Notes under the pieces: model-generated
The model's input: the letters and a program-made list of their open reading frames with translations, nothing else
Databases searched by the model: none
Told to the model about the DNA's origin: nothing
Shown: positions 1 through 9,218 of the stretch, one piece after another
Layout of the letters: each line of letters starts with the position of its first letter
How positions within the stretch are numbered: the first letter of the stretch is position 1
Assembly: GCA_963733375.1 (NCBI GenBank)
Contig: CAVTDB010000020.1
Span: forward strand, 15,734 to 79,733
Source: Nitrospirota bacterium
Lineage (GTDB): Bacteria > Nitrospirota > JACRHJ01
Direction of reading: 5' to 3'
Length of the DNA stretch: 64,000 nucleotides
Made by a program: the position numbers and the translations under genes

Positions 1-101
1 AATACCTCAATAAATCCAGTCCGGTTCTCCGGGAGCATCTCCACTATCGTTTTGGCCAGCTTCGCCTTCCCGCCGATCCAAGGCACAAATGCTTTTGACA
101 C
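1..101 (-). CDS. DNA adenine methyltransferase (Dam/D12 family), 5' part only; runs off the window edge
   Basis: Not in the ORF track. My translation from GTG at 101 (SD GGGAGG at 109-114) gives MSKAFVPWIGGKAKLAKTIVEMLPENRTGFIEV, the typical 'PWxGGK..L...I...LP......E.F' N-terminus of Dam-family methylases. Confidence 0.8.
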   Translation of the reverse strand, partial: MSKAFVPWIGGKAKLAKTIVEMLPENRTGFIEV

Positions 102-159
102 GTTTTTGCCTCCCTGTCGTTAATCTCACGCTTCTTCTCAAAAAATATCTAACTATATG

Positions 160-1719
160 TTAATTAACACCAATTCCGTAATTCCTTATCTTTGTCAGGA
201 GGGTCTTGTAGCTCACGCTCAGAAGCTCACGGGCCCGGCTTTTGTTACCCCCGGAGGATGCTAGTGCCCCCTTTATCGCCTCTATTTCGGCGGCCCTTGC
301 CGCAATCGAGGCCGTCCGCTGGAGCCCGCCCGGCGCTTCTCCTTCTACCGGTATCCGGTCCAGATGCTCCAATCCTATCTCGCCGCCGTCGACGAGTATT
401 ACAGCTCTCTCGATGCAGTTTGCCAGCTCCCGCACGTTCCCTTTCCACTCCATTCCCAAAAGCGCATCCGACACATCGCCTGAAATATGAAGAGGCCCTT
501 TTTTAAGCTCGGACCGGTATATCTCCAGGAAGTGCCGTGCTAGAAGAGGTATGTCTTCCCGCCTGTCGCGAAGAGGCGGGATATGCACTGGGAACACGTT
601 CAGCCGGTAATAGAGGTCTTCCCGGAACATCCCGTCCCGCACGGCCTTTATTAAATCCCTGTTGCTGGCCGCCGCGACCCTTACGTCAACTGAAAAGGGT
701 TCGGAACCGCCCAAGCGCTCGATCATCTCGCCCTGGAGCGCCCGGAGGAGCTTTGCCTGAAGAGACGGGGCCATCTCTCCTACCTCGTCCAAGAAAAGCG
801 TACCCTTGTCGGCATGCTCGAACTTGCCTATCCTCCTCGTTTCGGCACTGGTAAAAGCGCCCTTTTCGTGCCCGAAGAGCTCGGACTCCATAAGATCCTT
901 CGGGATTGCGGAGCAGTTAACCGCCACGAACGGACCGCCTTTTCTGGGGGAGAGGTGGTGCAGTGTCTTGGCGAACAGCTCTTTTCCGGTGCCCGACTCC
1001 CCTGTTATCAAGACCGTCGCCTTAGTCGGAGCGGCTTTCCTCAGGAGTTCAAGCGAGTCCATGAGCGCCTTGCTTTTCCCGACAAGCATCGGGAGCGAGA
1101 GTTCATGGGCTAACTCCTCTTTTAGCACCACGTTTTCCGAGGCCAGCTTCCCGCTCTCCAGGGCCTTCTCCGCAAGCGCCAGCATATGCGAGATGCCGAA
1201 CGGCTTGGTCAGAAAGTCATAAGTCCCAGCCTCTACCGCCCCGACCGCCGTCTCGATGCTGCCGAACGCGGTCATCTGCTTGAGCTTACGGTTTTCGTTC
1301 TCAAGGTTGTCTTGCCTGAGAAGCTCGTCCATACTCAAAGTGACTACCCCCACAGGCTTGCTGGATTTTGGCTGGGAAACTACTGTTTTACGGGTAACTT
1401 GTCTTTTCACGGTTTTTATCCGAGGTCCAAGATTAGGGTCGTGGAGAGAACCTTTGAGCTGATTAGGCGCTTTTGGTCCGGTGTTCTTAATGAGCCTGTA
1501 TAAATTTTCTCTTCCTTGTTTTGGGGAACGGCTTCTGGAGCCGACGACTCTTATATATCCCGCTCTTAATAACGTACCAATATACTTTCTTGAATTAGCC
1601 ACACTGGCCTCCGAGAGCCTGGCCACATCCCCGACAGTAAACGGCCCCTTGAAAACCCTCATTACGCACCACGCCCGTGCATGAGCAGAGACCTTGCTCT
1701 TATCCGTTAGCCGCTTCAT
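160..1719 (-). CDS. Chimeric protein: Mu-like phage/transposon winged-HTH N-terminus fused to a receiver-truncated sigma54 (NtrC-family) AAA+ activator with C-terminal Fis-type HTH
   Basis: N-terminus 'RAWCVMRVFKGPFTVGDVARLSE..YIGTLLRAGYI..YRLIKNTGPKAP' resembles HTH genes that follow Mu-like transposase/ATPase pairs. From MTAFGSIE on: Walker [15 protein letters not shown] loop, [16 protein letters not shown] 'GNKSRARELLSVSYKTL'. Uninterrupted 519-aa ORF. Confidence 0.85.
   Translation of the reverse strand: MKRLTDKSKVSAHARAWCVMRVFKGPFTVGDVARLSEASVANSRKYIGTLLRAGYIRVVGSRSRSPKQGRENLYRLIKNTGPKAPNQLKGSLHDPNLGPRIKTVKRQVTRKTVVSQPKSSKPVGVVTLSMDELLRQDNLENENRKLKQMTAFGSIETAVGAVEAGTYDFLTKPFGISHMLALAEKALESGKLASENVVLKEELAHELSLPMLVGKSKALMDSLELLRKAAPTKATVLITGESGTGKELFAKTLHHLSPRKGGPFVAVNCSAIPKDLMESELFGHEKGAFTSAETRRIGKFEHADKGTLFLDEVGEMAPSLQAKLLRALQGEMIERLGGSEPFSVDVRVAAASNRDLIKAVRDGMFREDLYYRLNVFPVHIPPLRDRREDIPLLARHFLEIYRSELKKGPLHISGDVSDALLGMEWKGNVRELANCIERAVILVDGGEIGLEHLDRIPVEGEAPGGLQRTASIAARAAEIEAIKGALASSGGNKSRARELLSVSYKTLLTKIRNYGIGVN
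170..1276. repeat. Diverged direct duplicate of 5138-6248 (3' 1.1 kb of the host sigma54 regulator gene)
   Basis: Homology visible in the DNA from the 3' end (TATCTTTGTCAGGAG in both) to CCGAACGCGGTCATC (1276 vs 6248). Hand alignment of the first ~140 aa gives ~23 differences (~84% identity). Confidence 0.9.
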
Positions 1720-2420
1720 TTCTTTGCCCGCCAGTCAAGGTCTCTGATGTGGGAGGCATCTATTTGCTTGAGGTTGTTGCGCTTGGCGAGAACCTCAATA
1801 TGGTTGATGATTATCTTCAGGGAGCGAAAACAGCCTGAAGATGCTTTTGCCATGGCATCAGAGGCCTCATATGTCATGCTTACCTCACACAGTTCTTTGG
1901 CTGCCTTCATTATGTCCTCGTTATCCAGGGGCTGGAACTTGTTTATCTGGCTTATGCGTGAGAAGAAATGCGGGTGGCGCATCAGCTTCTTATCTACGGA
2001 CCCCATACCTATTAGAAGGATCGGGGTGCCACATTCGTCGTGAAGGTCTCGTAAGGATTCCAGGACCCTTGAGTCGTGGCAGCAGAAGTCGGCCTCGTCA
2101 ATTATCAGCATGACATTACTTCCCATAAGCAGTTCCACCGCCTGTCCAAACAAACTTGAAAACCTGTAATATGGGTCGGCTCCAAGGGCATTGACGATCA
2201 TATCGAAGAACCACCTGTGTGATATTGCAGCTCTTGCCCGGACATATACGGCATTTGAGCCTTTGCGTCCAACAAACCATGTGCAGGTCTCGGTTTTCCC
2301 GAGGCCGGGGTCGGAGTAAATTAGCCCAAAGCCGGGGACTCCGTTGCCGCGTTCTTTCAGATTGTCGATCATTTCGACGGACCTCATGACGTTCTTGGTC
2401 TTAACAAACACGTTGTGCAT
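1716..2420 (-). CDS. Transposition AAA+ ATPase (MuB/TniB/TnsC-like)
   Basis: Walker A 'YSDPGLGKT', Walker B 'LIIDEAD', 'LRDLHDE..PILLIGM', 'FFSRI'. Start at ATG 2420 (MHNVFVKT) with SD AGGAGG; stop overlaps the start of the HTH fusion gene. Confidence 0.85.
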   Translation of the reverse strand: MHNVFVKTKNVMRSVEMIDNLKERGNGVPGFGLIYSDPGLGKTETCTWFVGRKGSNAVYVRARAAISHRWFFDMIVNALGADPYYRFSSLFGQAVELLMGSNVMLIIDEADFCCHDSRVLESLRDLHDECGTPILLIGMGSVDKKLMRHPHFFSRISQINKFQPLDNEDIMKAAKELCEVSMTYEASDAMAKASSGCFRSLKIIINHIEVLAKRNNLKQIDASHIRDLDWRAKK

Positions 2421-2442
2421 GGTGCACCTCCTTGTTAAATGG

Positions 2443-2466
2443 AAAAGGCCCCGAGCGGGGCCTTTC
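2443..2466 (-). terminator. GC-rich hairpin between transposase and ATPase genes
   Basis: AAAGGCCCCG-AG-CGGGGCCTTT inverted repeat; on the minus strand it is followed by TTTTCCATTT. Confidence 0.45.
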
Positions 2467-2467
2467 A

Positions 2468-4474
2468 TCAGACATACGAGGCGAGCTTTGCCTCGTATTC
2501 GGTTAGCCAGCTTCTTTCATCAGGGCTTAAGTCCTGCCTGCTTCTGAGGGCAAGGTACTTGTCATAGTCGGATTTATACAGCCCATTGCTTTTTGTTTTT
2601 TTACTTCTTACAATCCCGTCGGCAACCGACAAATGACTTACGGCAAGCTTTGCCTCCAGTGCCTCGACGTGCTCCGCTATCCTGGGAACTGTTGGCACAA
2701 TCTCATGCCAGGGCAGGACCGCATCCTTGGAGGCGTCCTTGGCCATTTTAACGACCTTTAAAGTCTGGCGTTTAAGGGACCGTTTCCTTCGGATGCCTTC
2801 CTTCACCGCGTCCATAGTCACCGGGTTGCCGGTAAGCTTTGCCATCGGGTGTACAGGCTCGACCAGCTTAGCCGAGCAGAGGTACTCGCCTCTTATGTGT
2901 GTAAACGAACACCTGAGATAAATCGAAGAAGCTGTACCGTATGCGGACTTTGTCTCGTAAACCGTAAAGGGCCTCGTGGAAGTATTCGTTGCCGAGGAAC
3001 CTGATGCCGTTCCTGCCGATGGAGGCCGTCTCAACGGACAACATCAGGTAATCCAGCTCGCGGGCATTTATTCCATTACCACGTCCTGCATTAAGGACTT
3101 CGCCCGGTGTACGCCCATTGAGGCCGCCGTGTGGCTGTGTCCGGTAATATTCCCGCCACTTGCCTATCATGGCCATTGCCTCCGGTATTGTGGGCACCCA
3201 GTCATTATGCAGGCTCTTGAGGAATTTTTCGTTCCGTTTCATGTAGCCGGGTTTATCCTCTATTGAAGCGCCGGTAAACGAGGGCATGAGCCTTTCAAAC
3301 GAGTCGGAGAAAGTCCCGAAGAAGCGCTCAATGGGTTTACTCTGCGCGTTATACGGCCAGGCAAAGGACGTAATAATGCCGAGCCTCGCAAACATCCCGT
3401 AAAAGCCGCACTCCTCAAAGCTCGGACTCGCTTGTGAAATACCTTCGCCTTGAACGCCTTGCCGTTATCGAGCAGGGCTGCCTTCGGGAACTTACCAAGC
3501 TCCAGGACCGCATTACGGAGGGCACCGGCAACGGCCTGTATGTTTTCCTCGACCATAATCTCGTAGCCTAACAAGTCACGGCTTGCCCAGTCGTAGAAAC
3601 CAACGAGTACGGCACGGCAAGGTTTTCCGGTATATGGGTTTATCACCTGAAAATTGAGCCTGTGGCCGTCGGCGACCAGGACGTCGCCGACATCAAGCAG
3701 GGACGAATCACGCTTCAGGAACGGGAGCACCTTGTCGTTTAGGGCCTTCTCGCCCTCACGGAGCGCAATCCACAGGTCATAATGACGCTTCTTGAAGTTA
3801 TCGACAAACCGGCGAAGGGTCATGCCTGATGAAGGGGAGGGGAGGCCACGGCGCTCTAAGATATACTTTGTCAGCTTTATAGCCGTCTCGACCTTGACCT
3901 GGTTCTGGTGCAGGAGCTGCGTAAGGAGCAGGTTGGCCTCGTCTTCGGTGACCTTCGACCTCTCACCTTGCTTATTGGTGGGTCCCGGGGCCAGGACACG
4001 GTAATCGCTGTCCCCGTCCTTATATGCCTTCTCCCACCGGTAAAGTGTCCCGCGCGAGATGGTGCCCAGAATCTTGAATATCTCCGGAAGCAGATGGCCG
4101 GTATTGTATGAGAGCAGGAAACAGCCCAAGGCGTCTCCGATACTACCTGATGCGATAGCTATCTCCTTGTCCTTGTGCCAGGCAGCAAGCAGGTCGGCAC
4201 GAGCAAGTGCCGATTTCTCGGTCCGGGCGGGCAGGTGCCTTTTATCGGCTGCGCATATATTGGAGGGATGGGGCTGGTCTGTTTTACATTTAAGGTAGTT
4301 GTCTTGAACTTCGGGAGGGAGGGCGGAGAGAGGGATCAGGTACTTCCAGCCCGATGTGCCACGAGGGACTTTCTCGGCTGGAAGTTTTTCCAGGCTGATG
4401 AGCCTCTGGACCGACCTGACCGTTATGCCCAGGAGGTCGGCTGCCTCGGTAATCTCAACTCTTGAAGCTTCCAT
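2468..4474 (-). CDS. Mu-like DDE transposase (MuA/TnsB-like), split by two frameshifts
   Basis: ORFs 3260-4474, 2868-3395 and 2468-3034 join up: N-terminal HTH 'ITEAADLLGITVRSVQRLI', DDE motifs 'LVADGH', 'LLDNGKAF', 'SKPIERFF', then 'PHGGLNGRTP' and a Mu C-terminal beta-barrel 'GRNGIRFLGNEYFH'. Confidence 0.88.
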
Positions 4475-4526
4475 GCGGCATTGAAACCTCCTAACCCTTT
4501 GTCAATACTGCCGTTAAGTCGGACAC

Positions 4527-4555
4527 ACACTACCTCTCTGCCGGGGACATTGCAA
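4527..4555 (-). promoter_or_regulatory. Putative sigma70 promoter of the transposase
   Basis: Minus strand TTGCAA-N17-TAGTGT about 55 nt upstream of the start. Confidence 0.35.
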
Positions 4556-5134
4556 GTGGATTTTGCGACAAGCGGAGATTGCTGCATTAGCAAAAAGGTT
4601 CATTGATTTAAAGGGAGTTCGCTAAGTGGCTTTTTGTGTCGCGACAGATGTCGCGATAATGTCGCAACATGGCTGAATATTGCGACGCAGGGTTTTAAAG
4701 GCTAATCGGCAAAAGGCAAAAAAAATAAATAGGTTGGCGAGTTATGAGGGCATGACAAAATCTCAAACCAAATGGCAGGAACTGACCCGAAATGGCCGGT
4801 CAATCTCGCGCTTAAAAAATCCACGCAAGAGGCCAGTGAATTTGTTTATTCCCAAAGAGGCAACTCATTTTATCTAATGAAATCTTATTGCGCCTGATGA
4901 AATTCCCAAATGATTTCAAAATAATGCCAATTAAATTCCAGTATGGTTTTGGGAGGGTTTTGGGATGGTTTTTTGAGAGCGAGTTGTCGAGATTTCAAAG
5001 ACTTCAATCTCACCCCCCCTGTCAATTTATATCCATAAAAGTGGAAGCGGCGTCATTCTATAGGGTTTTTCCCGGTTTGTTAATTAATTTCTTTTAAGAA
5101 GTATGTAGTTTGCTTCACAGGGTTGTGTAACAGC

Positions 5135-6490
5135 TTACCCAATCCCGTAATCCTTTATCTTTGTCAGGAGAGTTTTGTAGCTCACCCCCAAAAGCTCCGA
5201 GGCCCGGCTTTTGTTCCCGCCGCAGGAGCGAAGGACCCCCTTTATCGCCTCTATCTCGGCGGCCTTTGCCGCAAGCGAGGCCGTCCTCTGGAGTCCGCCG
5301 GACGTCTCTTCATCCGTGCGCGCCGTCCGGCCCAGGTCCTCCAGCCCTATCTCGTCCGTGTCCGCGATTATGACCGCCCTCTCGATGCAGTTCTCCAGTT
5401 CCCGCACGTTCCCCTTCCACTCCATGTGCGAAAGCGCGTCTATTGCTTCACTCGAAAACTGAAGACGTCCTTTATTCAGCTCCGTCCCGTATATTTTCAG
5501 GAAATGCTTTGCAAGCAGAGGTATATCTTCCCGCCTCTCGCGGAGCGGCGGGATATGCACCGGGAACACGTTCAGGCGGTAGTACAGGTCTTCCCGGAAC
5601 TTGCCCTCCGAGACGGCCCTGTTAAGGTCCCTGTTGCTGGCCGCGGCGACCCGGACGTCCACCGAAAAAGGCTCGGCGCCCCCCACGCGCTCTATCATCT
5701 CGCCCTGGAGCGCCCGGAGGAGCTTCGCCTGGAGGATAGGGTCCATCTCTCCCACCTCGTCCAGGAAAAGCGTCCCCTTGTCCGCCAGCTCGAACTTGCC
5801 CATCCGTCTTGCGTCGGCCCGGTGAAGGAGCCCTTCTCGTGCCCGAACAGCTCGGATTCAAGGAGGTCCTTCGGGATCGCGGCGCAGTTGACCGCCACGA
5901 ACGGGTTGTCCTTCCTGGGCGAGAGGTGGTGCAGGGCCTTGGCAAAAAGCTCCTTGCCCGTGCCCGACTCGCCGGTTATCAGGACCGTCGCCCTGGTCGG
6001 CGCGGCCTTCTTCAGGAGTTCGAGCGCGTCCATGAGCGGCTTGCTTTTTCCGACAAGCTTCGGAAACGACAGCTCCTGGGCGAATTCCTCCCTGCAGCAC
6101 GAGGTTATCCGCCGCCAGCTTCCCGCTCTCCAGGGCCTTTTCCACCAGCGCAAGCATATGCGAGATGTCGAACGGCTTGGTCAGGAAGTCGTACGCGCCC
6201 GCCTTTACCGCCTTGACCGCCGTCTCTATGCTCCCGAACGCGGTCATCATTATGACCGGCAGCAGGGGCTTCTTCTCCTTGAGGGTCTTCAACACCTGAA
6301 GGCCGCTCATGCCGGGGAGCTTCAGGTCGGTCAGCACCAGGTCCGCGCCTTCCCGGAGCACTCTGGCTACTCCCTCCTCGCCCGTCCCGGACGTCAGGGC
6401 ATGGTAGCCTTCGGCCTCGAAGGTCTTGGCGAGCATCTCCGCCATCGACTTCTTGTCCTCTATAATCAGTATCCTGAACTTCTCCGCCAT
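5135..6490 (-). CDS. Sigma54-dependent response regulator (NtrC/PilR family), two apparent frameshifts
   Basis: ORFs 5858-6490 (REC, '[10 protein letters not shown]'), 5695-6153 (Walker [14 protein letters not shown]) and 5135-5803 ([16 protein letters not shown]) together make one REC-AAA-HTH protein. Confidence 0.9.
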
Positions 6491-6498
6491 CGCCGCTC

Positions 6499-8378
6499 CT
6501 ACGATTCGGCCTTTACCGGAAGATAAATCGAAAATACCGCTCCGCCCTGTTTCGGACGTCTTTGCCAGTTACCCTGCCGCCATGATAGACGATTATCTTT
6601 TGCACGAGCGCGAGTCCAAGCCCGGTGCCCTGGACTTGGTAGTGAAGAACGGGGTAAAAATTTTCCCGGCGGTGGATGGGTCGAAGTCCGTGGCCCGTAT
6701 CCTTGAACTCCAGCCTTACGTACTTCCTGCCCTGAGATTTCGCGCCGTCGCCCTTATCCACCTGCGCGCTGACCGCGAGCGTCCCGCCGTCGTTCATCGC
6801 CTCGTATGGGTTTTTGATGAGGTTTATAAATGCCTGCCTGAGGAGCACCGCGTCGCCTTCGAGCGCGGCGGAAGGCTTCCCGTCCGCCGCAGCTCCCGGT
6901 TTACTCCAGCAGCGATGTTCCCGAAGCGCGCGGAAAGAATCGTCCAGGAGTCGGCGGGAGTTCCACCCGTGTAACATTTAGTTCCGTCGGCTGGGAAAAG
7001 TTCAAAAACTCCCGGATTATCTCGTCCATCACCTTTATCTCCTGGCCTGGATGTTCTTCACCGTTTCAAGCGATCGGGCGTCGTCCGCTTTAGCGTTCCT
7101 TGCCAGGAAGCTCGGCGTACCCGGATATAACTCCCATCGGGTTCCTCAGCTCATGGGCAATCCCCGCGGACATCTCGCCAAGGACGGCTATCCTCTCTTT
7201 CAGCTCCATCATCTCCCGGAGCTCTTTTACCTCCGTGATGTCCGTGAACACGAGTATCGCGCCGCCGGGCGTCCCTTCGCGAAATAGCGGAGATATGCCC
7301 ACGCCTATCCACCGCTTCCCCGCGGGCGTGTTGATTTCGCCTTCCGCCCTCTTCTGGCCCAGACCTCCCTTTAACGTTTTCTCCACCAGGGACGATAGCC
7401 AGTTCCGGTCCCGAACAGCGCCGGATAACGGCCTCCCGTCAGGGCGTTTCCGTATGCCGGGCAGGAAACGTGTCCGCCCGAGAATCGCCCCGGCCGCATC
7501 GTTGGCGGTGACTACCGTCCCGCCCAGCGTCAAACGTAATAACGCCGCTCTGGATGTTCTTGAGGATGCTCTCGCTCTAGCTCTCGGCGCTCCTCGCGCG
7601 CTCCTCGGCCCTGTCCCTCAGCTCGCTCAGCTCCTTCTCTTTCTCCTTCAGCGATGGCGATGGTAAGCTGGAACGTATCCATGACGAACGAGATGTCGTC
7701 CCGGCTTTGGGGTCTTACATGACCGGGGCGCCTTTCGCCATCTGCAGGAGTCTCTTCTGGGAACAGGCGAGCGTCTTCACGACATATACCCCGGCCAGGA
7801 ACAGAAAGACGGCGGACATCGACTTCAGAGCGAAATAAATCGTGCTCTGCTGGGTCAGGTCTTTTATATACCCCGCGTCGATCGCGGCCTCGCCAACCGC
7901 GACCATCCTGCCGAGCGGGTCTTTTACGGGAAAATAAACCGACCGGAGCCTTGAATTTCCGCTATCTGTAAATCGGCGAGAGTTCGACGCTCCCGCGCCC
8001 GACCACGTTAAATTCCTGCGGGGTAATCCCCTGTAGGACGAACTGCTCCCCCCGGAGCTTCTTCCCGGATCGGTCGATTATGACCCGGCCGTCCGAGTCC
8101 AGGATTATCAGATGGGACAGCGACTCCTGGAGCGACAACGAATACAGGTGCGAAGGGTCCTTAAGGGATTCGGGATAGTGGTCGCTGACCGCCCTGGAGA
8201 CGATCTCCGAAATATTCAGAAGCCTCTTGTCCATCTCCTTTTCAAGATATTTTCTTGTCCTGGAGACGAGCGAGAGGCTGCTGATTGTCAGGACTATGAG
8301 CAGCACCGCGAAAAAAGGCGTCGCGGCCTTTATAAGGCCCTCAAGCGGAAAGCCGTTCCTGGATTTCATAACGCTCAT
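6499..8378 (-). CDS. Membrane sensor histidine kinase with PAS domain (PilS/NtrB-like), multiple frameshifts
   Basis: Fragments show two TM segments, a PAS region, H-box 'LGEMSAGIAHELRNPM', N-box 'LRQAFINLIKN', G-boxes 'KDTGHG' and 'GTGLGLA'. Lies directly upstream of the regulator. Confidence 0.82.
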
Positions 8379-8430
8379 TTTCGTCCCTTAATTCCAGGCG
8401 CGCCGTTCGGCGCGCCCTGCACCCGCCCTG

Positions 8431-9204
8431 CTATTTCTCCGGCCTCTGGAGGCTCTTGATAAAAGGCGAAAGGAGGTCTATCGGAAGCGGCAATATCAGC
8501 GTCGAGTTCTTGTCTCCCGAAACCGTAAGCACGGTCTGAAGGAACCGAAGCTGCAGCGCGGCCGGCTCGGTCTGGATGATCTTGGCCGCGTCCGCGAGTT
8601 TCTGGGCGGCCTGGAACTCGCCTTCCGCGTTTATGACCTTCGCGCGCCGCTCCCTCTCCGCCTCGGCCTGCTTGGCAATCGCCCTCTGCATGTTCTCCGG
8701 GAGGTCCACGTTCTTCACTTCCACGTTAGTGACCTTTACCCCCCAGGGCTCCGTCTGCTGGTCGATTATCTTCTGGAGCTCCACGTTTATCTCGTCGCGC
8801 TTGCTTAAGAGGTCGTCCAGGTTGGATTGGCCCAGGACGCTTCTCAAGGTGGTCTGGGAGATCTGGGAAGTGGCGAAGTAGAAATCCTCGACCTCGATTA
8901 TCGCCTTGCGCGGTTCCAGTACCTTGAAATAGATTACCGCGCCCACCTTCACCGTGACGTTGTCCCTGGTGATGATGTCCTGGGAAGGCACGTCCATCGT
9001 CACCGTCCGAAGGCTCACGCGCACCGCCTTCTGGACCGCCGGGAGGACGATTATTACCCCCGGCCCCCTGACGCCGTTCACCGGGTCCACTCGCCCCAGA
9101 GTGAACATGACCGCCCTTTCATACTCCTTCAGTATCTTTATGGAGTTTATTATTATCAGGACCACTATTGCTACGGCTATCGCAACCCCCGAGATTCCGT
9201 ACAT
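8431..9204 (-). CDS. SPFH/stomatin (slipin) family membrane protein
   Basis: '[12 protein letters not shown]', '[13 protein letters not shown]', '[10 protein letters not shown]', '[17 protein letters not shown]'. Confidence 0.95.
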   Translation of the reverse strand: MYGISGVAIAVAIVVLIIINSIKILKEYERAVMFTLGRVDPVNGVRGPGVIIVLPAVQKAVRVSLRTVTMDVPSQDIITRDNVTVKVGAVIYFKVLEPRKAIIEVEDFYFATSQISQTTLRSVLGQSNLDDLLSKRDEINVELQKIIDQQTEPWGVKVTNVEVKNVDLPENMQRAIAKQAEAERERRAKVINAEGEFQAAQKLADAAKIIQTEPAALQLRFLQTVLTVSGDKNSTLILPLPIDLLSPFIKSLQRPEK

Positions 9205-9218
9205 TAGTTCTCCTCCTA

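Larger units (their letters stand above)
1..5132 (-). mobile_element. Mu/Tn7-like DDE transposable element (transposase + AAA+ ATPase + HTH fusion + methylase); left end outside the window
   Basis: Co-oriented transposase-ATPase-HTH module, lower GC than the flanking host genes, and an AT-rich non-coding end (4480-5132) with repeated motifs and a terminal ...TGTAACA next to the host gene stop codon. Confidence 0.75.

Noticed and set aside
170-1276. Duplication as a pure assembly artefact
   Set aside because: The copies differ at many, mostly conservative or synonymous, positions and by a small indel, far beyond read error, and the fusion is in frame.
2868-3440. Programmed frameshifting in the transposase
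   Set aside because: No slippery heptamer noticed, Mu-type transposases do not normally use it, and similar breaks occur throughout the window.
1716-4474. CRISPR-associated transposon or canonical Tn7
   Set aside because: No tnsA, tniQ, cas genes or repeat-spacer array visible in the window.
4680-5097. Short ORFs 4680-4877 and 4888-5097 in the transposon end
   Set aside because: TTG starts without an SD, no motifs; the region is better explained as a non-coding transposon end.
5123-6526. 467-aa plus-strand ORF
   Set aside because: Antisense shadow of the sigma54 regulator; no motifs, typical of high-GC codon bias.
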